Origin: a virus
DNA: 64,000 bases
Direction: 5' to 3' (one strand)
IMG/VR virus record: IMGVR_UViG_3300043100_000006
Span: 1 to 64,000 of that record
Position 1 is the first letter of the stretch, and each line of letters opens with the position of its first letter. Below, piece after piece: positions 19,505 to 30,700 of the stretch. Both the position numbers and the translations under genes were made by a program. Under the pieces are notes generated by a model that saw only the letters and a program-made list of their open reading frames with translations, ran no database searches and had not been told where the DNA came from.

Positions 19505-20892
19505 CCGAGTACGATGATTTTTTGCTGGCAAAGACGCAAGCCGGAAGTGAATCAGGATTCACCCCGGTATGGATGCCAGATTTCCTCTTCGACTTTCAGT
19601 CCTGGCTACTTGAGTGGGGAGTACGAAAAGGACGCGCGGCATATTTCGCGGACTGCGGATTAGGCAAGACGCCCCTCCAGCTCGTTTGGGGAGAGAATGT
19701 GGTGCGCAAGACGAATCGCCCGGTGCTACTGTTAACTCCTCTTGCGGTATCTGCGCAAACAATCGCCGAGGGAGAGAAGTTCGGGATTGAATGTAAGCGG
19801 CAGCGCGAGGGCGGATTCTTTACTGGCATCAACATTACAAATTACGAACGGCTCCATTATTTCAACCCGAACGACTTTGCCGCAGTGATATGCGACGAGT
19901 CGAGCATCCTAAAATCTTTTGATGGAGCGACGCGGCTTGCTATCACGGAGTTTATGCGAAAGGTCCCTTATCGCCTGCTCTGTACCGCGACGGCAGCTCC
20001 TAATGATTACATTGAACTTGGAACGTCGAGCGAAGCCCTGGGCGAACTTGGATATATCGACATGCTGCAACGATTTTTTAAGAACGACCAAAACACGGTC
20101 AAGCCGATGGTGTACCGGAACAAGGGACAAAACTTTGCTCAACTGGACGACCGAGCCAAGTGGAGATTCAAAGGGCACGCGGAGCCCGCCTTTTGGCGGT
20201 GGATGAGTTTTTGGGCGCGCGCAATTCGCAAGCCGTCTGACTACGGGTTCCCTGATGGGGCGTTCATCCTCCTGCCGTTGACTGAGGTTCAACACGTCGT
20301 AAAGACAAATACGCTTGCGCCGGGGATGCTATTCCCTATGCCAGCCGTCAGTCTGCCGGAACAACGAGAGGAGCGACGTCGGACCATCAAAGAACGCTGC
20401 GAGAAAGTAGCAGAACTGGTGGACGATGGCGAACAGGCTCTCATCTGGTGCCACTTGAACGATGAAGGAGACTTACTGGAAGAGTTGATACCTGGAGCCG
20501 TGCAAGTCAGCGGTAAAGACGCAGATGAATCGAAGGAAGAAAAGTTCCTCGACTTCGCGCGCGGCAAGATTAAGGACTTGGTTACTAAGCCGAAGATTGG
20601 GGCATGGGGACTCAATTTTCAAAACTGCGCTCACGTCACCTCATTCCCAAGTCACAGCTTCGAGCAATACTACCAAGGGATTCGGCGTTGCTGGCGATTC
20701 GGACAAAAGCGGCCGGTGCGATCTGATATGGTAACGACCGAAGGCGAGAAAGATGTGATGGAAAACTTACAGCGCAAGGCAAGGGCAGCGGACCACATGT
20801 TCACGCGACTCGTTGCGGAAATGAATCACGCCATGCACATTGAAACTGGCACAAAATACGAAACCCCAACGGAGGTTCCTGCGTGGCTGTGA
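19501..20892 (+). CDS. SNF2-like superfamily 2 helicase
   Basis: DCGLGKT, CDESS, TATAAPN, GLNFQ, QGIRRCWRFGQ. Confidence 0.93.
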   Translation: MTEYDDFLLAKTQAGSESGFTPVWMPDFLFDFQSWLLEWGVRKGRAAYFADCGLGKTPLQLVWGENVVRKTNRPVLLLTPLAVSAQTIAEGEKFGIECKRQREGGFFTGINITNYERLHYFNPNDFAAVICDESSILKSFDGATRLAITEFMRKVPYRLLCTATAAPNDYIELGTSSEALGELGYIDMLQRFFKNDQNTVKPMVYRNKGQNFAQLDDRAKWRFKGHAEPAFWRWMSFWARAIRKPSDYGFPDGAFILLPLTEVQHVVKTNTLAPGMLFPMPAVSLPEQREERRRTIKERCEKVAELVDDGEQALIWCHLNDEGDLLEELIPGAVQVSGKDADESKEEKFLDFARGKIKDLVTKPKIGAWGLNFQNCAHVTSFPSHSFEQYYQGIRRCWRFGQKRPVRSDMVTTEGEKDVMENLQRKARAADHMFTRLVAEMNHAMHIETGTKYETPTEVPAWL

Positions 20893-21878
20893 TCGAGCAG
20901 AAAGTTACGGATCGTTACGCAATTTACAACGGAGACTGCATCCCGATCATGGCGGCAATGCGCGAGGCTTCGGTGCATCTCTCGATATACTCTCCCCCAT
21001 TCGGGGGCCTGTATCACTACAGTTCCAACGAGCGCGATCTATCGAACTGCAAGGACTACCAGCAGTTTTTCGAGCACTACGCCTTTGTGGTCCGAGAAAT
21101 CGCGCGCATCACGATGCCTGGGCGCATGACGTGCGTGCATTGCATGGACGTTCCATCGGGAAACACTGGCACGGATTGGCTTACTGACTTCCCAGGTGAC
21201 ATCATACGGCTCCACGAAAAAGAGGGCTGGAACTATGTCGCTCGATATGCCGTATGGAAAGAGCCACTAGCGGTACGCAATCGAACAATGGCTAAGAATC
21301 TGGCGCACAAGACCATTGTGGAAGACTCCTCGCGGTGCTCCGTGGCATCTGCTGATTACCTCGTTGTCTTCCGGCGCAAGGGCAAGAACCCGATTCCGAT
21401 CAAACATCCGGTAGGGCTAATGGAGTACGCAGGTGAACGCAAGATGCCTGCCGAGTTACTAAAGTACCGCGGATGGAAAGGGAATCAGATCGAAAATCGG
21501 TACTCGCATTGGATCTGGCGACAATACGCCTCAGCGTTCTGGGATGACATCCGACTAGGGCGCGTGGTTAAGTTCAAGGCATCACGCGACCAAGAGGACG
21601 AGAAGCATGTCCACCCCTTGCAGTTGGATGTGATTGCGCGATGTCTCGTGCTTTGGTCGAATCCTGGCGAAACCCTCTGGACCCCATTCATGGGAGTAGG
21701 TTCGGAAGTGTGCGAAGCGCTTCATCAGGGGCGCAAGGGAATCGGCGCGGAACTGAAACCGAGTTATTATCGGCAAGCGGTGAAGAATGTCGAGGAAGCC
21801 GCGAAGGGCGACGAATATGTTGAACAAGAATCGTTGTACGGCGCAGACGCAGAAGAAGGCGAGGAACTGCCGGCATGA
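20883..21878 (+). CDS. N6A/N4C DNA methyltransferase (beta class)
   Basis: IYSPPF catalytic motif; HVHPLQL; TPFMGVGSE SAM-binding motif. Confidence 0.92.
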   Translation: MAVIEQKVTDRYAIYNGDCIPIMAAMREASVHLSIYSPPFGGLYHYSSNERDLSNCKDYQQFFEHYAFVVREIARITMPGRMTCVHCMDVPSGNTGTDWLTDFPGDIIRLHEKEGWNYVARYAVWKEPLAVRNRTMAKNLAHKTIVEDSSRCSVASADYLVVFRRKGKNPIPIKHPVGLMEYAGERKMPAELLKYRGWKGNQIENRYSHWIWRQYASAFWDDIRLGRVVKFKASRDQEDEKHVHPLQLDVIARCLVLWSNPGETLWTPFMGVGSEVCEALHQGRKGIGAELKPSYYRQAVKNVEEAAKGDEYVEQESLYGADAEEGEELPA

Positions 21879-21990
21879 TCTACTGCCTGACCTGCGGCAT
21901 CCCACTCGCGGGTGGCGACACAGGGAACGACGGGATCGTAGTCTTTATTCATGCGATGGCCGGGCACGAACTGGATGTGCTGGAATTGCC

Positions 21991-22019
21991 TTGACCGGCC
22001 AATGATTCACTAGTATTCT
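21991..22019 (+). promoter_or_regulatory. sigma70-like promoter with GATTCACTAGTATTCT box
   Basis: TTGACC-17 bp-TATTCT. Confidence 0.8.
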
Positions 22020-22043
22020 TACCACAAAAGAAAAGAGGCTCCA

Positions 22044-22442
22044 ATGAACGACGAAGCGAAGCAGGCAATTAGTATCGCAACCCCAACAGCAGAGGTCGGC
22101 AGAAGCATTGTGGCCGCTGCACAAGAACAGCGACGCGCACGGTTCCAGGATAAGGTAGTCGCGATCTGCGATTCAGAACTGGAAGCGGTAGTTATCGCGG
22201 AGCGCAAGATTGAGTTCTACCAGAAGTGCTTGGAGCACTCAAAGAAGCGACTGGCGGCGATTGAAGCCGGGGAGTGGCAGATCGTAAACGGTCAATTCGC
22301 ATTTAACGATTCGGAATTGACCAAGACTCCGATGGTTCCGATGAAGGATGAAGAAATCATGCTCGGTTGGTTTGGCGGGGCGGCTGGACGTGGCAAGATG
22401 GATGCGCAGAAAGTGCGCACCATCCTGAACGAAGTCGGCTAA
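22044..22442 (+). CDS. hypothetical protein
   Basis: GAGG RBS directly after the promoter. Confidence 0.65.
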   Translation: MNDEAKQAISIATPTAEVGRSIVAAAQEQRRARFQDKVVAICDSELEAVVIAERKIEFYQKCLEHSKKRLAAIEAGEWQIVNGQFAFNDSELTKTPMVPMKDEEIMLGWFGGAAGRGKMDAQKVRTILNEVG

Positions 22443-22859
22443 TCCGTCCACCGGGTGGACAGATGCGCCCCATACCAAAAAGTGTTCGGAGGAAAGTCAT
22501 GTGGTTTGTAGCGGGATTAATTCTTGGAGCGATTGCGGGATTCTCGGCGGCGTGCCTGTTCCGGGCGCGACCTCCGAAATTGCCAGAACGAGAACCTGAA
22601 AACGTCGAGGCTTTCTATCGCCCTAGGCGTGCGGCATGAGGCTCCTGCGTTACATCCTGTCGCAGTTCGTCTGTCAGCATCGGCGACGGTCTAAGCCAAT
22701 CAGACTTAGCGGCGCCGATGCTGCTACGGAATCTTGCCTGGACTGTGGGAAGTTCCGGGAGTACGACTTCGACAAGATGATGACCGGGCCGTGGCGGGCG
22801 GATGAATCGAAGAAGAAGACATGGATGGATATTAAGCCGTGGAGCAAGAGCGAGGCGAA

Positions 22860-23444
22860 GTGAATATCCTGAAAGTGGGACCAATCGAGAAACTGACGCG
22901 GGTCGACGCAGAGGCGCCCGAATACTCACGTCACGTCTGGTACGACGTAGAGAACGGTCGACTGGTGGCAACGAACGGGCATGCGCTGGTGATTGCGGCA
23001 GTCGAACCCGAGCCCAGAGACGTAAGCGGACTGGTTCCGCAAGCGACGTTTCGTTACGCAAGGACGCTTCTATACAAGCGCATGTACTCTACGCAATGCT
23101 TATCTGAGCAATTCATCTTTGGCGACGGAACCACGATGCCGCGGCCGCAGGGCGAATTCCCGGACTATGCCGCGATTGTACCCAAGGTTGCAGGACCGCC
23201 AACACTGACATTTAATCCAGAAGTGCTGGCGTTAATCGTCGCGGCCTTCCCGAAGCAGGAACTCGGCAAGAAGGGATCGAATCCAGGGTCAATCAGTTTG
23301 TGGGTAACGCCATCGGAAGATCCAGAGAAGCCGAACCCGATTGTAGTGAAGGCCCACTATCAGGGAGGGCTGGCGGTGTTGATGCCGGTGTCCGGAATGG
23401 ACCCGTCGAAGTGGAACACAGAACTGCCAGCTGGGAAGTTGTAG
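22860..23444 (+). CDS. DNA polymerase III beta-clamp-like protein
   Basis: LVATNGHAL, GEFPDYAAIVP, FNPEVL, AVLMP motifs typical of clamp domains. Confidence 0.75.
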   Translation: MNILKVGPIEKLTRVDAEAPEYSRHVWYDVENGRLVATNGHALVIAAVEPEPRDVSGLVPQATFRYARTLLYKRMYSTQCLSEQFIFGDGTTMPRPQGEFPDYAAIVPKVAGPPTLTFNPEVLALIVAAFPKQELGKKGSNPGSISLWVTPSEDPEKPNPIVVKAHYQGGLAVLMPVSGMDPSKWNTELPAGKL

Positions 23445-25103
23445 GGGGCTGTAGGGCAAACAAGGTAGGACACGGAAAGGAGGTGCCAATTGACGCATTC
23501 AAAGCTTTATCTGGCAATACAACTAAGTTGTGTGGCGCTGGCGGTGATGTCGTGTCGCTCCACATCCACAAAGAAGGGACTACAGCCTATTGCCGATTCA
23601 GCCCAGATTGACCGCGCCCGTAGAGCTTTGCGAACTGTAGCGGAGGCGGAGATTCACTGGTCGCAACTTTTGACGAGCGCGGTAAGCTGAGAGACGGAGG
23701 CGAGGAATGGGCGGCACATTTTCAGATCGTTACGATGAAGAGGCTGCGGGGGATTTCTCAGACCCTAGCCTCCGCATAACGCGCATTCTCGAAGAAGCGC
23801 GTCAACGAGTAAAGCCTATCGTGGATCGAGAGCGCGAAGGCGAAGATATAGGCGACGTGCTCAATATGCGCCTAGATTGAGGAGAACGGTAATGTCATGG
23901 AGCGTAGCATCTCTCGGTAAAGCAGAGGCAGTCCGTAAGGACATCGCCAATCAATTCACTCGCGGATCGAAATGCGTCGAACCTGAAGAGGCTATCCGCC
24001 AAGCCGCGTCGCAGATTCTCGATAAAGCCCTCGCCAATCAAGCTAACGTCTACGTGGTCAAGGTGCAGGCGAGTGGCAGTCAGGGTTACGTAGACTATAG
24101 TTCGCCGGAGAAGGGCACCTATCACAGCCTGAGCATCGATGTTCAGGTGATGCACGGATTCGTTGAGTGAGTTGACTGTGACCTTCGGGCACGCCAGAGA
24201 GAGAGGGGTATGTTCAGCGTAGAAGAAAAGCGGCAGATTGCAGAAAAGGTTCAGCAGGTTTTGCGGGAGACGAATCACCCCGAGTTGCCGAGCGTAGAGA
24301 TTCAGTTCAATCTCCACGTGGACGGCGCGGAGCCGTGGTCATGGGCCGACATTCGCAACAACGGTGCCGTACGACAGCCGAACGTTAATCCGTGGAACGA
24401 GAACGAGTAGCGCGGGAGTTATTTCTTAACCTTGGGGTAACTCAAGAAAGGTCACCGATGTTTCGGATTAGAACATTGTTCTGGGTGATTTGGTGGGCGC
24501 TGTGCGGCAGACTTTCGGCTAGGCGGCACGAACTGTATGTCGCAGATTTCAACTATCGCGGCTCGAAGTTCAGCATCCACCGCTTTGACATGCGGAAACA
24601 TTGGCACGAAAAGTATTTGTAGTTTGGGGCAATTCAAGAGAAAAGGAGAACGGGATGCTTCGATTTATTCTCAGGCGGCAGCGTTATGACGGCGAATGCC
24701 TCAATGCGCTAAAGACGGACCATGAGACCATTGATTGTGACGTGCCCGCGCTAGAAAAGGCGCTGTGCTCGGGCGGTCAAGGCGGAGGGCCAAGTGGCGA
24801 TGCTTTTGACCGACGCGAACTTATGGCAGTAGAAGTTTTGCTGAAGTAACGAGCTTGCTCCGCCGTAGTGGTGCTCTGCCCTGGAAAGGCACATTTTCTG
24901 AAGGGCATCAGGAAAGCGGAGTAGGGAGAGTGCGGCGGCTGAAACAGAGTAGCCAAGATCGTATCGGCGGGGTATCTCTGATAAATGTGCGCACGATGTA
25001 CAGGATAGGCAGAACGCCAAAATTGCCGAGGTATTCCTGATAAACGTGTTGCAGGTAGGCCGCCGCACTTATCTTTAACCAGTGAGTCAGAAGGAAAGGA
25101 AAT

Positions 25104-25895
25104 ATGATTCGGTCGTATTTAATTCGACTCAGGCCAACAAAACGTCAAGCCGATGAGCTTGAGCGAATTTTAGGGGTTTGCTGCGAACTATATAATGCAG
25201 CCTTGCAGGAGCGCCGGGATGCGTGGAAGGTGGAGCGGAAGTCGATCAGCTACTACGATCAAACGAAGGAGTTGACGGAACTACGAACTCTCGATGCGGA
25301 AACTGCCTCTGTACCGTGTCATATCGCCCGCGATCCGTTGCGCCGGGTAGCTAGAGCGTTCGACGCTTTCTTTCGACGATGCAAGCAGGGCCAAACTCCA
25401 GGTTTTCCCCGTTGGCGATCCAAGAAACGATATGACAGTTTCGGCGTTGAGTGTCGAATTGACGGCGATATATTGCTCATTCCGTGCATGGGGCTGCGAT
25501 TCAGGAGCCATCGAAATATCAAAGGAACTCCACGTCACTGTGTAATTATCCGTACCGGGTTGAAATGGACTGCTAGAATCGCCTGTGAGATAGGACCAGC
25601 GCCGGATAAGCGACCTATCTTTAATCCGGTCGGCATCGACCTTGGACTTGAGAACTTCCTGTACTGCTCCGATGGTACGTTCGTGGACAATCCACGGTGG
25701 ACGGCGGAACATGTTCCCGCATGTACGAGTGGGCGGCAGACTGGCTCGTCGCGGAGATTCAATTCAAGCCATACGCCCCAGAAACGCGACCGGGAGGGGC
25801 CGCTAAATGACCGTATCCAACGAGCGCGAATTTACGGGCTGGCGCTTCGTAAAGCCGTCAGGGTGCGGTTCATTCCGGTCGTGGCTACTGTATAG
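25104..25895 (+). pseudogene. tnpB: C-terminally truncated TnpB (IS200/IS605 OrfB)
   Basis: Y..RLRPT..Q, LYNAALQERR, AFDAFFRR...PGFPR, RuvC-I VGIDLG...SDG...NPRW; homology stops at ~25711; no RuvC-II/III or Zn finger. Confidence 0.85.
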
Positions 25896-26691
25896 CTGGA
25901 GATTGCGGCGGCGATGGGAAGGAGAATTCACACTGGTCTACGAGTGCGGCTTTCGGTACTTCGGAATCGAGCGCGTCTGGGAATACGTGGAACGAGGGGA
26001 AATGTAATGAGCACATCCAACGAGGAAGCACGGATCGAGTCGCTGATTGACGATATAGCCTTGGACCTGATCGGCAACCCAGAATTCTCGCGTCGTCAAA
26101 TCGAGGCAGACTCAAAGAAGTACCGGGCGCTGTGTGCTTCACTAAAGACTGCCTACCAGCGCGGCCTGTCCGACGCCACAGAGAGAGCGGCGAAAATTGC
26201 GAAGGAACATTGGCGATCAGAGAACGGTTCGCTGCTCCATGCCTCGATTATCGGAGATCACATCGCGGCTTCCATCCGCAGCAAGGAAGGGGAATAGCAT
26301 GGCGAACTGGGGTAAGTTGAGTTGGGTTGAGAAAGCCTGCATCGTGGCGGTCGGTGTCGCTGCAATTGTGTGGACACTTGTACTGTGGCAGATTGAGCAT
26401 GGAAAGTGAGCGGGGAGGAACGAATGCTACCTAACACTGCGCCGCTAAAGTTGTCGAGAGAGGATCGTATGTTTCTGGCGGGAGTTCTCGTCTCGCTGAC
26501 TGTCGTGAAAATCTTCGGCAACGATGCAGTATTTGATGAGATTGTTCGTAGTGTGGGGGATGTTCAGCTTCTCGACGAAGCTACCCGAAGCGGCAATCTT
26601 AGGCGTAGCGGGATGAGTGATTGGAAGCGGAGACAGGCGCGATGAACAAGTCCTTGCTCCCTTTGGTGCTCTTGATGGCGATGGGGGGTAT

Positions 26692-27156
26692 ATGACGGTA
26701 ACTCTAGAGCGGGTGCGACCTACGGAGGACGCGATTCTAGTAATGGTGCGAGATCACTACTCCCATCGGTCGAATGTTGTAGCGCGTCCTAGAACCGCTA
26801 AGACTAGCAAGACATGGTGGTCGAATGCGAAGTTGATTGTTTTTTCTGATCCTGAGCGCACCTTCGTTTTCGCTTGGCAGTGGCCGCGAGTAGAGTACCG
26901 TGCCGACAAGCAGGACGGGTTCAATAACACAATGTTTCATCGTTCATATCGGTGTGCGGCAAAGGCCAGCGAAATCATTTTAGCGGCGGAACAAGCGGTA
27001 GTCGCGGAGTGGGGGCCGAATCGCGCATATACCTACGTTGACCCGGAAGAAGTCAGTGCAAATCCTGGCTACTGCTACAAGATAGCGGGATGGGAATTCG
27101 TAACAATATCCAAAAGCGGCAAACATTTGTTGCAGAAACAATTAGCGGCGAAGTAA
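26692..27156 (+). CDS. Mom-like GNAT (putative DNA base modification)
   Basis: DHYS, NTMF, ASEII..A, YTYVDP...NPGYCYKIAGW. Confidence 0.7.
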   Translation: MTVTLERVRPTEDAILVMVRDHYSHRSNVVARPRTAKTSKTWWSNAKLIVFSDPERTFVFAWQWPRVEYRADKQDGFNNTMFHRSYRCAAKASEIILAAEQAVVAEWGPNRAYTYVDPEEVSANPGYCYKIAGWEFVTISKSGKHLLQKQLAAK

Positions 27157-27187
27157 TTGGTGGCGTTCTCTGTACGGGAGGGATGGA

Positions 27188-27937
27188 ATGAGCGAACCAT
27201 TGGTAGTCACGTTTGGCGGAGGTCGGAACGGTACTGGTTTACTGCTGGGCATGTACGAGCGTCAGATTAAGCCCGATCTGATTATGTTCGCGGACACGGG
27301 CGGCGAGAAACCTGAGACCTATCGCCACATCCACATGTTCGACGAATGGCTTCTCGCTCACGGAATGCCGGGGATCACAACGGTCAGGAAATCATCGAAG
27401 TACAACAGTCTCTACCACGAGTGCCACGTTCGCAAAACTCTGCCCTCTCTCGCGTTTGGCTGGCGGTCATGTTCGGACAAGTGGAAGCAGGAGCCACAGC
27501 GTAAGTTCCTGCAACACTGGGAGCCTGCCGTAGCGTGCTGGGGGAACGGTGGCAAAGTGCGGCGTGTGATCGGCTTCCATGCTGGGGAGTCGCATCGCGC
27601 CGCACGATTTACCGAGGACGAGAAATACCGCAACGTCTATCCTCTGATTACATGGGGCTGGGACAACGGAGACTGCATCGCGGCGATTGAGCGGCACGGG
27701 TTGGAGATTCCGCCCAAGAGCGCGTGCTTCTTTTGCCCAGCCAGCACCAAGGCGGAAGTGTTGGCCCTACGCCGGGACGATCCGGGATCATACGAGGCCG
27801 CCGTTCTCATGGAGCGAAATGCCGCGCCAACGCTGGTAAAGATTAAAGGACTAGGCCGACATTGGAGTTGGGAGAACTTGCAAGCCGCGCCGGACGTGCA
27901 TTGCGTAGAACAAAGCTGCATATGTTTTGACGAATAG
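27188..27937 (+). CDS. PAPS-reductase/PP-loop family protein
   Basis: VVTFGGGRNG, FADTGGEKPETY, CSDKWK..P, YPL, KSACFFCP. Confidence 0.85.
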   Translation: MSEPLVVTFGGGRNGTGLLLGMYERQIKPDLIMFADTGGEKPETYRHIHMFDEWLLAHGMPGITTVRKSSKYNSLYHECHVRKTLPSLAFGWRSCSDKWKQEPQRKFLQHWEPAVACWGNGGKVRRVIGFHAGESHRAARFTEDEKYRNVYPLITWGWDNGDCIAAIERHGLEIPPKSACFFCPASTKAEVLALRRDDPGSYEAAVLMERNAAPTLVKIKGLGRHWSWENLQAAPDVHCVEQSCICFDE

Positions 27938-28266
27938 GAAGTGATACCTGGGTATCCACCCTAAAGGAGAAGTCATGGCAACGTGCGGGTTCCAAATGTC
28001 GGGCGGGCTGTGCGGAGTTCCAATAGTGCCGCAGGCTGAATCGCCGACAGGGTACGCGCACGCAAGCGGTTACGGATGGCTGCATTGGGCATCGCCGACT
28101 CCGTACCGGGTGAGTGTTGAGGTATTCGTGCCATGCGCGGTATGCGGCAAGATACGAAGCGAGAATCCGGCGCACATTCAATTCGGCGGGCACAAGTTCA
28201 CGGCGCGGATTGTGGAGAGAAGTTGCAGGAGCTAGGGCTACTGCGGTAATTGACAGGGAGGGGTGA

Positions 28267-28749
28267 ATGAGGACGGACGCTTACTTGTCGGATGATCGGC
28301 TATATCGCTACTGGCTGCTGCGCGTCTGGGATGACGCGCTGCCGATTAACTGTACCTGTGGCGTCAACCCTTCGAAGGCTGACGAGAAAGAGAACGATCC
28401 TACAATTCGCAAGGACATCGGGTTCTCGGAGCGGCAGGGATTCGGCGGGCTGCTCAAGGTTAACCTGTCGGCGTTCCGCAGTACCGATCCGAAAGGCGCT
28501 AGGTATCAGCCCATTGGTGAATTTAATACCCCAGCACACATCCGACAATATTTCGATACGTTCAACGCAAAGCAGATGACATTTTGCTGGGGGAGAAATG
28601 GAACCCGCTTCTTTACTCAGGCCGCAAACCTGCGGGCGGAATTCCCAGAGGCAGTGTGTTTCGGTAGAAATCCAGATGGTACGCCGCGCCATACGCTGAT
28701 GCTGCCTTACACAACAACACTGGAACTATACGAACCAATCCCGTACTAA
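28267..28749 (+). CDS. DUF1643 family protein
   Basis: YRYWLLRVWD, NPSKAD..NDPTIR, NL.AFRSTDP, WG, G.PRH. Confidence 0.9.
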   Translation: MRTDAYLSDDRLYRYWLLRVWDDALPINCTCGVNPSKADEKENDPTIRKDIGFSERQGFGGLLKVNLSAFRSTDPKGARYQPIGEFNTPAHIRQYFDTFNAKQMTFCWGRNGTRFFTQAANLRAEFPEAVCFGRNPDGTPRHTLMLPYTTTLELYEPIPY

Positions 28750-30276
28750 CTGGGCTGGATTTCGAGTCTGTGCGGAGAGAGGAGCGGGGATGCTTGGAAC
28801 ATTGATTGGAATCTTTGGCATACTAACGTCGGTATGGTTGCAGAACTGGCTGGCTGCGTCTTGGGCTTTAGCATTCACCTTTATGGCAGAGGCTTCGCGG
28901 ATAAACGATAAGCGTGAGCGGTCTACTAGGAGGGGATGATGCCGACTAAGCCAATAGGCAGCGATTTCGTTGAGGAGGTCGCTGAGCACAATGTCCGCTG
29001 CTCCGAATGCCGCTTGCTGATCGTTGGCGGTCAGACCTGCCTCGTATCGCGCAAGGATGGCAAGGTTAAGAAGCGCGTATGCGGCGAGAATTGCAGGCTG
29101 GAGTTCGATGCGCGATTTTGGCAAAATGCGGCACGACGAAATCAACGAAGGAGGGACCGTGGCTGACTCATTGAGACAAGAGCGCGCGCGGCAGGCACGA
29201 GCAAAGCGCGGCTATACCGAATGGACTGATGGATTGGTGGCTAACTTCGCCGAGCAGGAGGAGCGGCTACTCGTTCGGGAGATCGTCGCTAAACTACGTG
29301 AGACTCGTGACCGCCGCAAGCAATTTGGCGATGCTGTCAGCCAAGCGGCAGCGGCAGAATTGGATTATCAGGCGTCCGAGCTTGAGCGCATCCACGGCCT
29401 AGAGCCGGAGAAGGAGAGGAATAATCAATGAACCGAGAACTAGATGGCGAGATTGCGGAAATCGTCTATGGCTGGAAATTGACGCACGTCGGCCCGGATG
29501 CTCAAGGACAGAACGAGTGCGACATTCTCTCGCCTAACGGTAAATTGCCGCAAGGATTCGAACTGCCACGGGTCGGCAAGATTCACCGCGCATATCTTTG
29601 TCCGTCATAAAAAGCCCGTCGTATTCTGGTTTGAAACTTACGTGGAAGCGGCGGCAGAAAAGAAAGAATAGACCTTACAGTCTTGAGAGGAGATGGTGAG
29701 AGATGGAAAAGACAACGTTTTGGGCCGATACGCATGGGAACCGAAGCACAGTTAGGTGCGGCAATGAAGAAGTACTGACCGACTGCCGTTCCTCGGAGGC
29801 GCGCGCCATCGCACGCCAATTGAACGATGTCTTAGCGAGAGCTATGCAAGAGCAGCGTCCAGCGGAAGTGCTAAAGAAATCTATCGGTAAGATGAGTGCT
29901 GCGGAGAAGCGCGCCGCCCTGATAACTGAATATGCCGTGATGCGCGTCTTGGATCATGAAAACTAGCCACGGGACGTGAATCGTAGAATATGCGTTGTCA
30001 AATCTGAATCGGAGGACAAACCCTGGAATGAAGTTTCTAATCGCTGCACTCTTGATGGCATCGTGCCGTCCACCGGGTGGACAGATTCGGCCCCTCTTTA
30101 TTTTAACCTTGACATTCCACAGCCGCATGTAAGAGACTCCATTCAGAGTAGTTCTCGCTTTCTTTTGTTAGTCCGCGTGGTTTAGCGGCGCGCCCCTCGA
30201 GAAGGCCTACCCTGGCGAACTGTGGGTGCTTCACAAGTAGACACTCCTGCTGTCCCAAACGACATTGCTGTTATTC

Positions 30277-30303
30277 CCCGCCAAGGTTGGCGGGTTTTGT
30301 TTT
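30277..30303 (+). terminator. intrinsic terminator preceding late region
   Basis: CCCGCCAA-GG-TTGGCGGG followed by TTTTGTTTT. Confidence 0.75.
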
Positions 30304-30331
30304 GAGAGGACTGAAAGCGCATCCACCTGAT

Positions 30332-30700
30332 ATGAAAAGAACAGAGACGGCGGTCCGCCTCGTAGACGAGCATATGCAGTTCCTGAAGTTTACGAGTGAG
30401 GAAGACGGCATTTCTAAGCGACGCTCTGGCTTCTGGCAAGAGGTCTACCACCCCACCACGGGCAACTTCTACGCCCTGCAGAAAATAAAATTCCTTCCGA
30501 AATCTAGTGACCATTCCAGCCCATGCGGGATTACCGCGTCCGAATCCTTAGGAAATGTCGGGATTTGGGATGGGCTTTTGCCGGAGGAAGGCGGGACTGT
30601 TCCGGTCGGAAAACTTCGTGCGGACAAACTGAAATTAAAGATGTGGCCCTTTGAGGGCGACAACAAAGCGGTGCGCGTCTCGTGCTTGGCACGAGCGTAA
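30332..30700 (+). CDS. hypothetical protein
   Basis: 122-aa ORF, first gene after the terminator. Confidence 0.55.
   Translation: MKRTETAVRLVDEHMQFLKFTSEEDGISKRRSGFWQEVYHPTTGNFYALQKIKFLPKSSDHSSPCGITASESLGNVGIWDGLLPEEGGTVPVGKLRADKLKLKMWPFEGDNKAVRVSCLARA

Noticed and set aside
24971-25060. CRISPR mini-array next to a TnpB/Cas12f-like gene
   Set aside because: Only two degenerate units (16/19 core), embedded in a larger fold-back; no cas genes and the effector is truncated
24850-25900. Group I intron/IStron around TnpB
   Set aside because: No recognisable P/Q/R/S core elements
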